Shown here piece after piece: positions 39,087 to 48,113 of a DNA stretch of 50,422 nucleotides. The notes beneath the pieces are model-generated. The model worked only from the letters and a program-made list of their open reading frames with translations. It was not told the DNA's origin and searched no databases. Numbering within the stretch: position 1 is the first letter of the stretch; each line of letters begins with the position of its first letter. The position numbers and the translations under genes are program-made. The stretch is from Chitinophagaceae bacterium (GTDB taxonomy: Bacteria; Bacteroidota; Bacteroidia; Chitinophagales; Chitinophagaceae): NCBI GenBank assembly GCA_036278455.1, contig DASULB010000445.1:1-50422 (forward strand), read 5' to 3'.

Positions 39087-39875
39087 TTATCTTTTCCTTC
39101 TTCCACCTCCGCCGCCGCCATCGCGATCACGTCCGCCTCCGCGACGGTCATGCTGTCCGCCATCCGGGCGTCCCGATCCACGGCGGTCATGATGACCACC
39201 TTCCCGTCCCGCACCGGCAATGATATTGGGATTCAGGTCGCGTTTGCCCAGGATTTCTCCTTTACAGATCCATACTTTAATGCCTATTTTTCCATATACC
39301 GTCTGGGCCGGTACTTCCGCGTAATCGATATCCATGCGGAAAGTATGCAGGGGCGTACGGCCCTGTTTGATTTCCTCGCTCCGGGCGATTTCAGCGCCAC
39401 CCAGGCGCCCGCTCACTTTCACTTTGATTCCTTCGGCACCCATGCGCAGTGCCGTAGCGATGGACATCCTGATGGCACGCTTATAGTTAATGCGGCTTTC
39501 GATCTGCCTTGCAATGGTATCTCCCACAATGTTGGCATCCACTTCCGGACGGCGGATCTCCAGGATGTTGATCTGCACGTCATCCTTGCCCGTCAGTTTC
39601 TTCAACTCCTCTTTAATGCGGTCCACCTCGGAACCTCCCTTACCGATAATGATACCCGGCTTGGAAGTATGAACGGTGATGATCAGTTTGTTAAGGGTAC
39701 GTTCAATCACTACGCGGGCAATGCCCCCCTTATTAATACGTGCATCCAGATAAGCACGGATTTTTTGATCCTCGATCAGTTTAAGGGCGTAATCCTTCTT
39801 ATTCCCAAACCAGTTGGAATCCCATCCCCGGATAATTCCAAGGCGATTGCCGATCGGATTTGTTTTTTGACCCAT
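39087..39875 (-). CDS. rpsC: 30S ribosomal protein S3 (uS3) with a Gly/Arg/Asp-rich C-terminal tail
   Basis: 262 aa. [14 protein letters not shown]... with KH and S3-C domains, then a tail ending [17 protein letters not shown]. Confidence 0.96.
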   Translation of the reverse strand: MGQKTNPIGNRLGIIRGWDSNWFGNKKDYALKLIEDQKIRAYLDARINKGGIARVVIERTLNKLIITVHTSKPGIIIGKGGSEVDRIKEELKKLTGKDDVQINILEIRRPEVDANIVGDTIARQIESRINYKRAIRMSIATALRMGAEGIKVKVSGRLGGAEIARSEEIKQGRTPLHTFRMDIDYAEVPAQTVYGKIGIKVWICKGEILGKRDLNPNIIAGAGREGGHHDRRGSGRPDGGQHDRRGGGRDRDGGGGGGRRKR

Positions 39876-39908
39876 GTGTTGCTTTTAATCTATTTGTTTG
39901 ATTGAATA

Positions 39909-40325
39909 TTATTCTTCTGATGCCGCTGCCACTTCCACCTGTGCTGCGGGCTCCTGCACCTTTTCATTTGCCACGGCAGGCTGGCTCTTGCTGTCAACGA
40001 CAATGGTTACATGGTTGCTGCGCTTGCGGATGCGGTATCCACGGCCCTGGGGCGCGGGACGCAAACGCTTCAGCGTAGCACCTCCGTCAACAAATATCCG
40101 TTTCACATACAGCCCGGCGTCTTCCACCTTGTCCGTCTGGTTTTTCTGTTCCCAGTTGTTGATCGCCGACAACAACAGCTTCTCCAGGGGAATACTGGGA
40201 TGCTTCGCGTGATGCTTTAGGATCGCCAATGCCTTTTCCACCTCCATGCCGCGTATCAAATCCACCAGTAACCGCGTTTTGCGCGGAGAGGTCGGATTAT
40301 TTTTAAGCTTAGCTACTGCTTCCAT
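39909..40325 (-). CDS. rplV: 50S ribosomal protein L22 (uL22)
   Basis: 138 aa; [15 protein letters not shown]. Confidence 0.95.
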   Translation of the reverse strand: MEAVAKLKNNPTSPRKTRLLVDLIRGMEVEKALAILKHHAKHPSIPLEKLLLSAINNWEQKNQTDKVEDAGLYVKRIFVDGGATLKRLRPAPQGRGYRIRKRSNHVTIVVDSKSQPAVANEKVQEPAAQVEVAAASEE

Positions 40326-40358
40326 TGTATGAATTGTTATAATGTTGAATATTATGGA

Positions 40359-40625
40359 CTATTTCTTGTTCGCATGCCCCCTGAAGTTCCTGGTAGGCGC
40401 AAACTCTCCCAGCTTATGTCCCACCATGAATTCGGTGATGTATACAGGGATGAATTTGTTACCATTGTGAACCGCAAAAGTATGTCCGACAAATTCAGGC
40501 GTAATGATAGAGCGGCGACTCCAGGTCTTTACGACCGACTTTTTTGTTCTCCCGTCATTCATAGATTCCACCTTATGCAACAGTGAATGTTCTATGTAGG
40601 GACCTTTTTTAATGGAACGAGCCAT
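40359..40625 (-). CDS. rpsS: 30S ribosomal protein S19 (uS19)
   Basis: 88 aa; [16 protein letters not shown]. Confidence 0.97.
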   Translation of the reverse strand: MARSIKKGPYIEHSLLHKVESMNDGRTKKSVVKTWSRRSIITPEFVGHTFAVHNGNKFIPVYITEFMVGHKLGEFAPTRNFRGHANKK

Positions 40626-40668
40626 GCTTTAATTCAGATTTAATGATGATGATCTGGTGATAATGATC

Positions 40669-41502
40669 TTATAATTTCTTTCCGTTCTTACGCTGCATGA
40701 TCAGCTTATTAGATCCTTTATGCTTATTGCGTGTTTTCAGGCCTTTGGAATACTTGCCGTTCCTTGAACGCGGCTGTCCGCCGGAGGCCTTTCCTTCACC
40801 GCCACCCATCGGATGGTCAACAGGATTCATGGCCACGCCACGGGTACGCGGGCGTCTGCCCTGCCAGCGGCTCCGGCCGGCCTTGCCCTTTGACTCCAGG
40901 GCATGGTCCGAATTGGAGATGGTGCCTACGGTAGCAAAACACTGCATCAGCACTTTTCTCAATTCTCCGGATGGCATCTTCAGGATCGCATATCTCTCCT
41001 CCTTTGCGTTCAGCTGGGCGTAAGTACCTGCGCTGCGGGCGATCACGCCTCCCTGACCGGGATGCAATTCAATGTTGTGTACCACGGTACCGAGTGGCAT
41101 GCTCTTCAGCGGCAGCGCATTGCCCACTTCAGGGGCCACCTTTTCACCGCTGATCACCTTGGTACCCACCTGTAAACCCTGTGGGGCCAGGATGTACCGC
41201 TTCTCACCGTCCACATAAACCAATAAGGCGATAAAAGCACTCCGGTTGGGATCGTATTCGATCGATTTCACGGTGGCTTCTATGTCCTTCTTGTCACGCT
41301 TGTAATCGATCACGCGGTAGCGTTTTTTATGACCGCCACCGATATACCGCATCGCGCGTCTACCCTGGAAGTTACGGCCACCCGATCTTTTCTGAGGGGC
41401 CAGCAGGCTCTTCTCAGGAGAATCGGTGGTGATTTCAGCATAGGCGTTGCCTATTCTCCAGCGTGTTCCTGCGGTGACCGGTTTAAACTTTTTTAATGCC
41501 AT
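40669..41502 (-). CDS. rplB: 50S ribosomal protein L2 (uL2)
   Basis: 277 aa; [14 protein letters not shown]... and [10 protein letters not shown]. Confidence 0.97.
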   Translation of the reverse strand: MALKKFKPVTAGTRWRIGNAYAEITTDSPEKSLLAPQKRSGGRNFQGRRAMRYIGGGHKKRYRVIDYKRDKKDIEATVKSIEYDPNRSAFIALLVYVDGEKRYILAPQGLQVGTKVISGEKVAPEVGNALPLKSMPLGTVVHNIELHPGQGGVIARSAGTYAQLNAKEERYAILKMPSGELRKVLMQCFATVGTISNSDHALESKGKAGRSRWQGRRPRTRGVAMNPVDHPMGGGEGKASGGQPRSRNGKYSKGLKTRNKHKGSNKLIMQRKNGKKL

Positions 41503-41558
41503 GAGCTTGTACTTTAGGACAAAATTTTCAGCTTTGTCGAACTATAATGCTATGATGA

Positions 41559-41858
41559 TCAAATACTTTCAAAAATATCAATGGTTTCTCCCGGTGCCAG
41601 GGTGATGATTGCCTTCTTATAGGCGGGTTTACGGCCGGAAATAACGCCCGCCTTGGTAAAACGGCTTTTGCTTTTCGCCGGAACCACGATCGTATTGACG
41701 TCCGATACGACCACACCGTAAAACTCCTCAACGGCTTTCCTGATTTCCAGTTTATTGGCCTTCCGTGCGACGGCGAAGGTATAGCGACCCTTCTTTTCAG
41801 AGAGGCCGTTCGCTTTTTCCGTGAGCACAGGGCGAATTAAAACATCGGATGCCTTCAT
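41559..41858 (-). CDS. rplW: 50S ribosomal protein L23 (uL23)
   Basis: 99 aa; L23 pattern (YTFAVARKANKLEIRKAVEEFYGV). Confidence 0.95.
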   Translation of the reverse strand: MKASDVLIRPVLTEKANGLSEKKGRYTFAVARKANKLEIRKAVEEFYGVVVSDVNTIVVPAKSKSRFTKAGVISGRKPAYKKAIITLAPGETIDIFESI

Positions 41859-41882
41859 TACTTTATCTTTTGACGATTAAAA

Positions 41883-42785
41883 TTATACATTTTCAGGGTT
41901 CCCCTCACCGGCCGGCGCGTCTGCAGCCGGGGTTTCCTTCTCAGGTGCAGCCTTTTTTGCTGCTTTTGGCTGTGCCGCCTTCTTTTCAGGAGCAGCTGCT
42001 GCTTCCGCCACCTTTCCGGTGCTTTCCTCAGTAGCCGGCGTTTCCGCAACCACGGCTTTCTTTTCAGCTTTCGCCTTTTTTTCCACTTTTGCCTGCGCCG
42101 TCTTCTTTTCAGGAGCAGCCGTTTCGCCGGCAGTCGCCTTGGATGCTTCCGCATTTTCAGCGGCATGTCCCTCTCCGAAAACCTTCACTGCTTCCTCGGT
42201 AAACACTAAAAAGTTGCTGTTTACAATATCGTAGGTATTCATATCGCTCAGCACGATCCCCTTCACTTTAGGAAGGTTACGCAGTGAGCGATATACATTG
42301 TCCTGGTATTCAGGCGTTACAAACAATATTTTCTTTCCGGATACTTCCAGGTTCCTGAGCACCCCTTCCAGCTGTTTGGTTTTGGGCATCTCAATTTTAA
42401 GATCTTCCACAATCCTGATCGCAGCCCCGGAAGCTTTATAGGAAAGCGCCGACATTTTGGCGAGATCCTTTTCCTTGCGATTCATCTTGAAATCGTAGCT
42501 GTGCGGTTTAGGGCCAAAAATGACACCGCCACCACGGTATAAAGGATTTCGTATGTTGCCTTTGCGCGAGCCACCCGTTCCTTTCTGGCGATGCAGTTTG
42601 CGGGAAGAACCCTTCACATCGCTCCTGTCCTTTACATTATGGGTACCCTGGTGCTTCGCCGCCAGATATTGTTTCACCGCCAGGTAGATCACGTGGTCGT
42701 TCGGCTCAATGCCGAAAACCTCATCAGGCAGGTTGACAGTTCTCCCGGTTTGCTTTCCTTCGGTATTTAAAACATCAAGTTGCAT
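41883..42785 (-). CDS. rplD: 50S ribosomal protein L4 (uL4) with an Ala/Lys/Glu/Pro-rich C-terminal extension of about 96 aa
   Basis: 300 aa. The canonical L4 core runs to about residue 204 (RQKGTGGSRKG loop), followed by a low-complexity tail. Confidence 0.95.
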   Translation of the reverse strand: MQLDVLNTEGKQTGRTVNLPDEVFGIEPNDHVIYLAVKQYLAAKHQGTHNVKDRSDVKGSSRKLHRQKGTGGSRKGNIRNPLYRGGGVIFGPKPHSYDFKMNRKEKDLAKMSALSYKASGAAIRIVEDLKIEMPKTKQLEGVLRNLEVSGKKILFVTPEYQDNVYRSLRNLPKVKGIVLSDMNTYDIVNSNFLVFTEEAVKVFGEGHAAENAEASKATAGETAAPEKKTAQAKVEKKAKAEKKAVVAETPATEESTGKVAEAAAAPEKKAAQPKAAKKAAPEKETPAADAPAGEGNPENV

Positions 42786-42786
42786 A

Positions 42787-43404
42787 TCAATTCTGGATTA
42801 AAACGATTGAACCATTATGACCCGGGACAGAACCAGTGACCAGGATATAATTCTTTTCGGGGAATATTTTTACAATGCGCAGGCCTTTGACCTTTATCCT
42901 GTCACCGCCCATGCGGCCCGCCATGCGCATCCCCTTGAACACCTTTGCAGGGTAGGATGATCCGCCGATGGAACCTGGTGCGCGCTGGCGGTCATGCTGA
43001 CCATGGGTGGATTCCCCCACACCACTGAAACCATGACGCTTTACCACACCCTGGAAACCTTTACCCTTGGAAGTTCCAACCACTTCCACTTCCTCTCCTT
43101 CAGCAAAAATGTCACAGGTGATGATATCACCGGTGGCCTTTTCTACATCGTAATTGCGGAATTCCTTGCTGAATCTCTTGGGGGCCGTACCGGCCTTCGC
43201 GAAATGCGTAATGAGGCTTTTAGGGGTGTTTTTTTCTTTGCGGTCGCCAAATGCGATCTGAATGGCCTGGTAACCGTCGGAATCCCTGGTTTTCACCTGG
43301 GAAACGACACAAGGTCCGGCTTCAATGATCGTGCAGGCAGTTTGTCGCCCATTTGGTTCGAAAATACTGGTCATACCGACCTTCTTACCAATGATACCTT
43401 TCAT
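42787..43404 (-). CDS. rplC: 50S ribosomal protein L3 (uL3)
   Basis: 205 aa; MKGIIGKKVGMTSIF. Confidence 0.97.
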   Translation of the reverse strand: MKGIIGKKVGMTSIFEPNGRQTACTIIEAGPCVVSQVKTRDSDGYQAIQIAFGDRKEKNTPKSLITHFAKAGTAPKRFSKEFRNYDVEKATGDIITCDIFAEGEEVEVVGTSKGKGFQGVVKRHGFSGVGESTHGQHDRQRAPGSIGGSSYPAKVFKGMRMAGRMGGDRIKVKGLRIVKIFPEKNYILVTGSVPGHNGSIVLIQN

Positions 43405-43473
43405 GTTTCTCTTTTTACCCAGCGCCTGAGGGTGTTCTCGCTATCCTCAGGATTAGGCGGTGACCTTAAAATG

Positions 43474-43779
43474 TTACGCTTTTATCTCCACATCCACACC
43501 GGAGGGAAGATCCAACTTGGAAAGGGCGTCGACCGTACGGGAGGAAGAAGTATAAATGTCCAGTAATCGTTTATGCGTGCAAAGCTCAAATTGCTCGCGC
43601 GCCTTTTTGTTTACATGGGGCGAGCGAAGTACGGTAAAGATCTTCTTTTCCGTAGGCAGCGGAATAGGGCCAGTAACTACCGCGCCGGTATTCCGCACCG
43701 TCTTGACGATTTTCTCGGCGGATTTATCCACCAGACTGTGATCGTAAGATTTTAACTTTATTCTGATTCTCTGTGACAT
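43474..43779 (-). CDS. rpsJ: 30S ribosomal protein S10 (uS10)
   Basis: 101 aa; [18 protein letters not shown]. Confidence 0.97.
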   Translation of the reverse strand: MSQRIRIKLKSYDHSLVDKSAEKIVKTVRNTGAVVTGPIPLPTEKKIFTVLRSPHVNKKAREQFELCTHKRLLDIYTSSSRTVDALSKLDLPSGVDVEIKA

Positions 43780-43823
43780 ATATCCTTTTTCCTTACAGGC
43801 AAAACCCTCAAAATTTGGGACTG

Positions 43824-43854
43824 CAAAGGTAACGGGAGTTTTTTATATTGCAAA
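43824..43854 (-). promoter_or_regulatory. Consensus Bacteroidota promoter (TTTG-N19-TACCTTTG) of the S10 operon
   Basis: The minus strand reads ttcTTTGcaatataaaaaactcccgtTACCTTTGcag. The -7 box ends 44 nt upstream of the rpsJ ATG. Confidence 0.55.
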
Positions 43855-43974
43855 GAAAAATGACAAAGAATTTACCGAAGATTTTAAAAGCAGGTAATTC
43901 CCCGTGCAAACGCCGCTGTTTTGCGGCTGCTTTATCCCAATAAAGCTATCTTTACCGCCAAAAAAAGCCGTAAA

Positions 43975-45189
43975 ATGAAACACCTGTTTTTCGCCGTTTT
44001 ATTATTGACTAGCGCCTGCTACGGGCAAAATACACCCGGAAATAATCCTCCCGACGAAGCATCTGCCGGCGGGGCCATCGTTGTCGGCGCCGCCCGCATG
44101 GACCAGTACCTCCCCTTGCTCAAAAATAAGCGGGTAGGCATCCTGACCAACCAGACCGCCCTGGTAGACGGCATCCACCTGGTGGACACGTTACTGAAAA
44201 GGCACGTCAACATCGTGGCGATCTTCGGTCCGGAACACGGTTTCCGGGGAACGGCGGACGCCGGCGCCACCGTCTCGGGCGGGATTGATAAAAAGACCGG
44301 CATCCCCGTCATCTCCCTTTACGGCAAGCACAACAAACCCACTCCCGGGGAACTGAAAAACGTGGATGTCATGCTTTACGACATCCAGGATGTGGGTACC
44401 CGTTTCTATACCTATATCAGCTCCATGCAACGCTTTATGGAAGCCGCGGCCGAGAACCACAAGCCTTTTATCATCCTGGACCGCCCCAACCCCAACGGGT
44501 TTTACGTGGACGGGCCCGTGCTGGAGAAAAAGTTCACTTCAGGGGTGGGCATGCAACCTATTCCCATCGTATATGGCATGACCATCGGGGAATATGCCAA
44601 AATGCTTATCGGTGAACACTGGCTGAACAACCCCGCCCTGAAGCCGGACCTGACGGTTATTCCATGCCTCCATTATACCCATGACAGCCTTTACACGCTG
44701 CCTGTAAAGCCATCGCCCAACCTGCCGAACATGGCTTCGGTGTACCTGTATCCGTCGCTCTGCTTCTTTGAAGGCACCGCCTGCAGCGTAGGACGGGGCA
44801 CGGCCCACCCTTTTCAACTGTTTGGTCATCCCACGCTGCCCGATAGCCTGTACAGCTTCACCCCCGAAGGCATGGCAGGCGCCACCCATCCCAAGCTGGA
44901 AGGGAAAACCTGTTATGGCGTCCTGGTGGCCACCACCGCCCGGGAGGCCCTGGAAAAAAATGACCGTCAGGTGCAGTTGAAATGGATCATGGAAGCCTAC
45001 AGGATGTTCCCGGATAAAGACAAATTCTTTACGCATTATTTCAATACCCTGGCCGGTACCGATAAGCTCCAGCAGGAGATCAGGGCCGGCTGGACCATGG
45101 AGAAGATCAGAAAGAGCTGGCAGCCGGCGCTGGATAAATTCCTGCAGATCAGAAAAAAATATCTGCTGTATCCCGATTTTACCAAATGA
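43975..45189 (+). CDS. DUF1343 family protein (NamZ-like exo-beta-N-acetylmuramidase candidate), exported/lipoprotein
   Basis: The start is taken at ATG 43975 (MKHLFFAVLLLTSACYGQ). RVGILTNQT...FGPEHGFRG...LYDIQDVGTRFYTY are the DUF1343 hallmark blocks. Confidence 0.82.
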   Translation: MKHLFFAVLLLTSACYGQNTPGNNPPDEASAGGAIVVGAARMDQYLPLLKNKRVGILTNQTALVDGIHLVDTLLKRHVNIVAIFGPEHGFRGTADAGATVSGGIDKKTGIPVISLYGKHNKPTPGELKNVDVMLYDIQDVGTRFYTYISSMQRFMEAAAENHKPFIILDRPNPNGFYVDGPVLEKKFTSGVGMQPIPIVYGMTIGEYAKMLIGEHWLNNPALKPDLTVIPCLHYTHDSLYTLPVKPSPNLPNMASVYLYPSLCFFEGTACSVGRGTAHPFQLFGHPTLPDSLYSFTPEGMAGATHPKLEGKTCYGVLVATTAREALEKNDRQVQLKWIMEAYRMFPDKDKFFTHYFNTLAGTDKLQQEIRAGWTMEKIRKSWQPALDKFLQIRKKYLLYPDFTK

Positions 45190-45261
45190 CCGGCGACCGC
45201 ATGATCCTTACCGGAAACCCTTTCAGCATTTTCAGCCGTCCACAGAAATCAGACATTCAAC

Positions 45262-46215
45262 ATGACAGACACACCCCTCAGGATTGTTTTTATGGGTACC
45301 CCTGAATTTGCAGTCCCTTCCCTGGACCTGTTGCGGCAAAATGATTTTCAGATCGCCGGCGTCGTTACCGCCCCGGACAGGCCCGCCGGTCGCGGGTTGA
45401 AAATGCATGAGAGCGCCGTAAAACAATACGCCGTCGCTCACGGGCTGCCCGTTTTGCAGCCTGTCAGGCTGAAGGATCCCGCATTCCTCGACCGGCTTGG
45501 GGACCTGAAAGCCGATCTCCAGGTCGTGGTCGCCTTCAGGATGCTGCCTGAAATTGTCTGGGACATGCCCCCGCTGGGGACCATCAACCTGCACGGTTCC
45601 CTGTTGCCCCAGTACCGGGGGGCCGCCCCCATCAACTGGGCCATCATCAACGGGGAGACCCAAACAGGCGTCACCACCTTCAGACTGCAGCATGAGATCG
45701 ATACAGGTCAGATCATAGGACAACAAAGGGTACCCATCGGCCCTGATGAAACCGCAGGCGAACTGCATGACAGGCTCATGGACGAGGGGGCCCTGCTGGT
45801 GCTGGAAACCGTGCGGTCCATGGCCTCGGGCGTCTATAAACTGACTGCACAGGCCACGCTGAGCGGACCGTCGGGAGTGCTGCACACGGCGCCTAAGATC
45901 TTCAAGGCGGACTGCCGGATAGACTGGACACAGAACAGCCGCCGGATCCACGATCTGGTCCGCGGTCTGAGTCCTTATCCGGCTGCCTGGACCCTCCTCA
46001 ACGGGAAAACGCTCAAAATCTACCGAAGCACGTACCTTCCGGCCGACAACCCGCTGGCTGCAGGGGTGGTTGAAACAGACCATACCGACTATCTGCGGAT
46101 CGCCTGCAGAGACGGGTGGATCTTCCTGCAGGAAGTACAATTGGAAGGTAAAAAAAGACTGCCGATAGAGGCTTTTCTCCGCGGATACCGCCAGGAAAAA
46201 ATGGTGATCACATGA
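45262..46215 (+). CDS. fmt: Methionyl-tRNA formyltransferase
   Basis: 317 aa; RIVFMGTPEFAVPSL and NLHGSLLPQYRGAAPI motifs. Confidence 0.95.
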   Translation: MTDTPLRIVFMGTPEFAVPSLDLLRQNDFQIAGVVTAPDRPAGRGLKMHESAVKQYAVAHGLPVLQPVRLKDPAFLDRLGDLKADLQVVVAFRMLPEIVWDMPPLGTINLHGSLLPQYRGAAPINWAIINGETQTGVTTFRLQHEIDTGQIIGQQRVPIGPDETAGELHDRLMDEGALLVLETVRSMASGVYKLTAQATLSGPSGVLHTAPKIFKADCRIDWTQNSRRIHDLVRGLSPYPAAWTLLNGKTLKIYRSTYLPADNPLAAGVVETDHTDYLRIACRDGWIFLQEVQLEGKKRLPIEAFLRGYRQEKMVIT

Positions 46216-46264
46216 ACTGACGGAAAAAACCGGTCACCATCCGGCCCGGGAGGGGAAATGACTT

Positions 46265-48016
46265 TTAGTTTTTATCCTTACCCTCCGGATAGCGGATCTC
46301 ACACCAGAAACGAGACTGGGAAGTACCCAGGTCACCCATCGCGGCATCGCTGAGCTTGATGATCAGGTTGTAATTATCCTTTTGCTTGGGAATGACATCC
46401 AGTACTTTGACCAAAACCGACCGTTGATTGATCGGGTTGGTTACTTTGACCACTGTTCCACGTGGCAAATCATCGCACAAGGCGTAGTAACTTCCGGAGC
46501 CCGGTTTCACATTGCTGCGAAACCAGCCCGCAGCACCCTTCTGCATCGTGATTTTGCTCCCATTATCTGTTTGGGTCTCATAAAGTTGCTGGAATTTACT
46601 CTTCACGGTCGGTGTCAGCCGGATGGAATCCGTGACGGGATTCATCGCCGCGGAAGGCCCTGGCTGACCCGTTACCACTACAGACTTTCCTGCGGCTGCA
46701 TTTCCCGGGACGGTCTGGCCGGGCAATGCACGGGTTTGGCCAGCCTTGTGAGAAGACGTAATACCGGCGGTGGTATTGCTTCCGGCAGTACTTGTTTCCG
46801 GCGTGGTTACTTTGGGCGTGGTCGCCTTGGGTGTACTCACTTTGTGCACCGCTTTGGTCGCGGCCTTTTTGGGGCCGGTTGTCACCCGGTTCAGCATGAG
46901 GGCGAAACTATCGGTCTTTGCAGGAGCCGCCGCTTTCTGAGGGCTGTCTTTTTTGGACGGCGCAGCCAGCACCACCTCGTTTGGTACATCCTTTACCGCT
47001 TTGGCATTTTTCCCGGGCGGCGTGGCTGCGGGAGTGTCGTCCGCCAGTATCATTTTCCCTTCTGCTTTTTCTACTGCTTTTGGCTTTCTACCGGAAGGCT
47101 TACCGGCCGGAGCGGGCGTACCCACCGAAAACGCATCGTCCTCCCCCTGAACGGCCACAGCCGTTGTCTTCACTGCCTGGTCCGCCGTGTGAGCCGCCGG
47201 CCGATGAGCGGGCGGTAGGGTGGTTTTACCACGGGCAGGTGCAGAGGATTTTTTACCGCGGTTTTCATTTTCAGCGGCAATCACTTCGTCTAAAAAGGCG
47301 TTGTCACCGGAGGAATGCACGGTCGATCCGCCCCCGGAACCGGCCTGCTGTGGCGGTCTCTTCTTTTGGGTGTCCCCCCCGGCCGCAGCCACTGTCCCCT
47401 GTTCAATTTTAACGGGGGACGTGACAGCGGCCTTCTCCGGCGGTGCTTTCTTTTGAGCGGCAGCCACTGCTTGCTGCCCGGTTTTGACGGCGGCGGCTGC
47501 ACCTGGCGGTGGCGCCGATGCCAGTTTATTGGGGGCGGTCTCCCCGCCGGCATTTAGCCAGCCGACAATCAGGTACTGGCCGATCCTCACCTCGTTGCGG
47601 TTGAGGTGATTCCATTTTTTTAGTAAAGCGTCAGGCACTTTGCCATACAAACTGCTGATATGGTAAAGCGTTTCCCCTTTCATCACCTTATGATACAAGG
47701 GGGCCAGGGTCGTAGCGGCAGAGACCCCGGCGGACTGGTTGAGGTTATGGCTATTGAGTGGGATCTTCAGCAGCTGATACATTTTCAACTGGCTCTTCGG
47801 GCTTAATTTATTGAAGCTGGCCAGTGCTTTGACGTCTACCCCGAATTTCCGGGACAGGGAATACAGCGTTTCCTTCTTGCTCACGACGTGATAAAAATAT
47901 AAACCGTTTCTCGCGGGTACCACCAGCAACGTATCCTGGCGGGCTTGCCCAAAGGAAAGATCTGCCTGGCCCAACAGCACCAGGCAACAAAAAACATATT
48001 TCATCATTTTCATCAT
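46265..48016 (-). CDS. Exported peptidoglycan-binding protein: 2 x LysM, a long disordered Ala/Pro/Lys/Thr linker and a C-terminal RlpA-like double-psi beta-barrel
   Basis: 583 aa with a signal peptide. LysM blocks are YHVVSKKETLYSLSRKFGV... and YHKVMKGETLYHISSLYGK.... The C-terminal stretch LPRGTVVKVTNPINQRSVLVKVLDVIP...IIKLSDAAMGDLG is DPBB-like. Confidence 0.75.
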   Translation of the reverse strand: MMKMMKYVFCCLVLLGQADLSFGQARQDTLLVVPARNGLYFYHVVSKKETLYSLSRKFGVDVKALASFNKLSPKSQLKMYQLLKIPLNSHNLNQSAGVSAATTLAPLYHKVMKGETLYHISSLYGKVPDALLKKWNHLNRNEVRIGQYLIVGWLNAGGETAPNKLASAPPPGAAAAVKTGQQAVAAAQKKAPPEKAAVTSPVKIEQGTVAAAGGDTQKKRPPQQAGSGGGSTVHSSGDNAFLDEVIAAENENRGKKSSAPARGKTTLPPAHRPAAHTADQAVKTTAVAVQGEDDAFSVGTPAPAGKPSGRKPKAVEKAEGKMILADDTPAATPPGKNAKAVKDVPNEVVLAAPSKKDSPQKAAAPAKTDSFALMLNRVTTGPKKAATKAVHKVSTPKATTPKVTTPETSTAGSNTTAGITSSHKAGQTRALPGQTVPGNAAAGKSVVVTGQPGPSAAMNPVTDSIRLTPTVKSKFQQLYETQTDNGSKITMQKGAAGWFRSNVKPGSGSYYALCDDLPRGTVVKVTNPINQRSVLVKVLDVIPKQKDNYNLIIKLSDAAMGDLGTSQSRFWCEIRYPEGKDKN

Positions 48017-48113
48017 AACCGTAAAATATTTTGGGAAAAGACCCGGAAACGGCCGCCGTCCCGCTGTCTTGCTGCAAAAACCTTTCCATAAACCGCCTCA
48101 CCGGGCCACCTGT

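Noticed and set aside
41858-42166. Hyper-basic 102-aa ORF (KRRRRRQKWKKRRKLKRK...) on the same strand as rplD, running to the rplW start
   Set aside because: It is an alternative-frame reading of the repetitive GCN/GAA/AAG codons that encode the uL4 Ala/Glu/Lys tail. It is a frame artefact, not a gene.
45232-46140. 302-aa ORF antisense to fmt. Similar long antisense or shadow ORFs occur at 46382-47218, 8327-9007, 17406-18188, 18732-19472, 31303-32079, 39048-39905, 4988-5614 and 6235-6894.
   Set aside because: Each lies entirely inside a well-supported conserved gene on the opposite strand. Their compositions are skewed (Arg/Gly/Pro/His-rich) with no recognisable motifs, which is typical of shadow ORFs in GC-balanced coding DNA.
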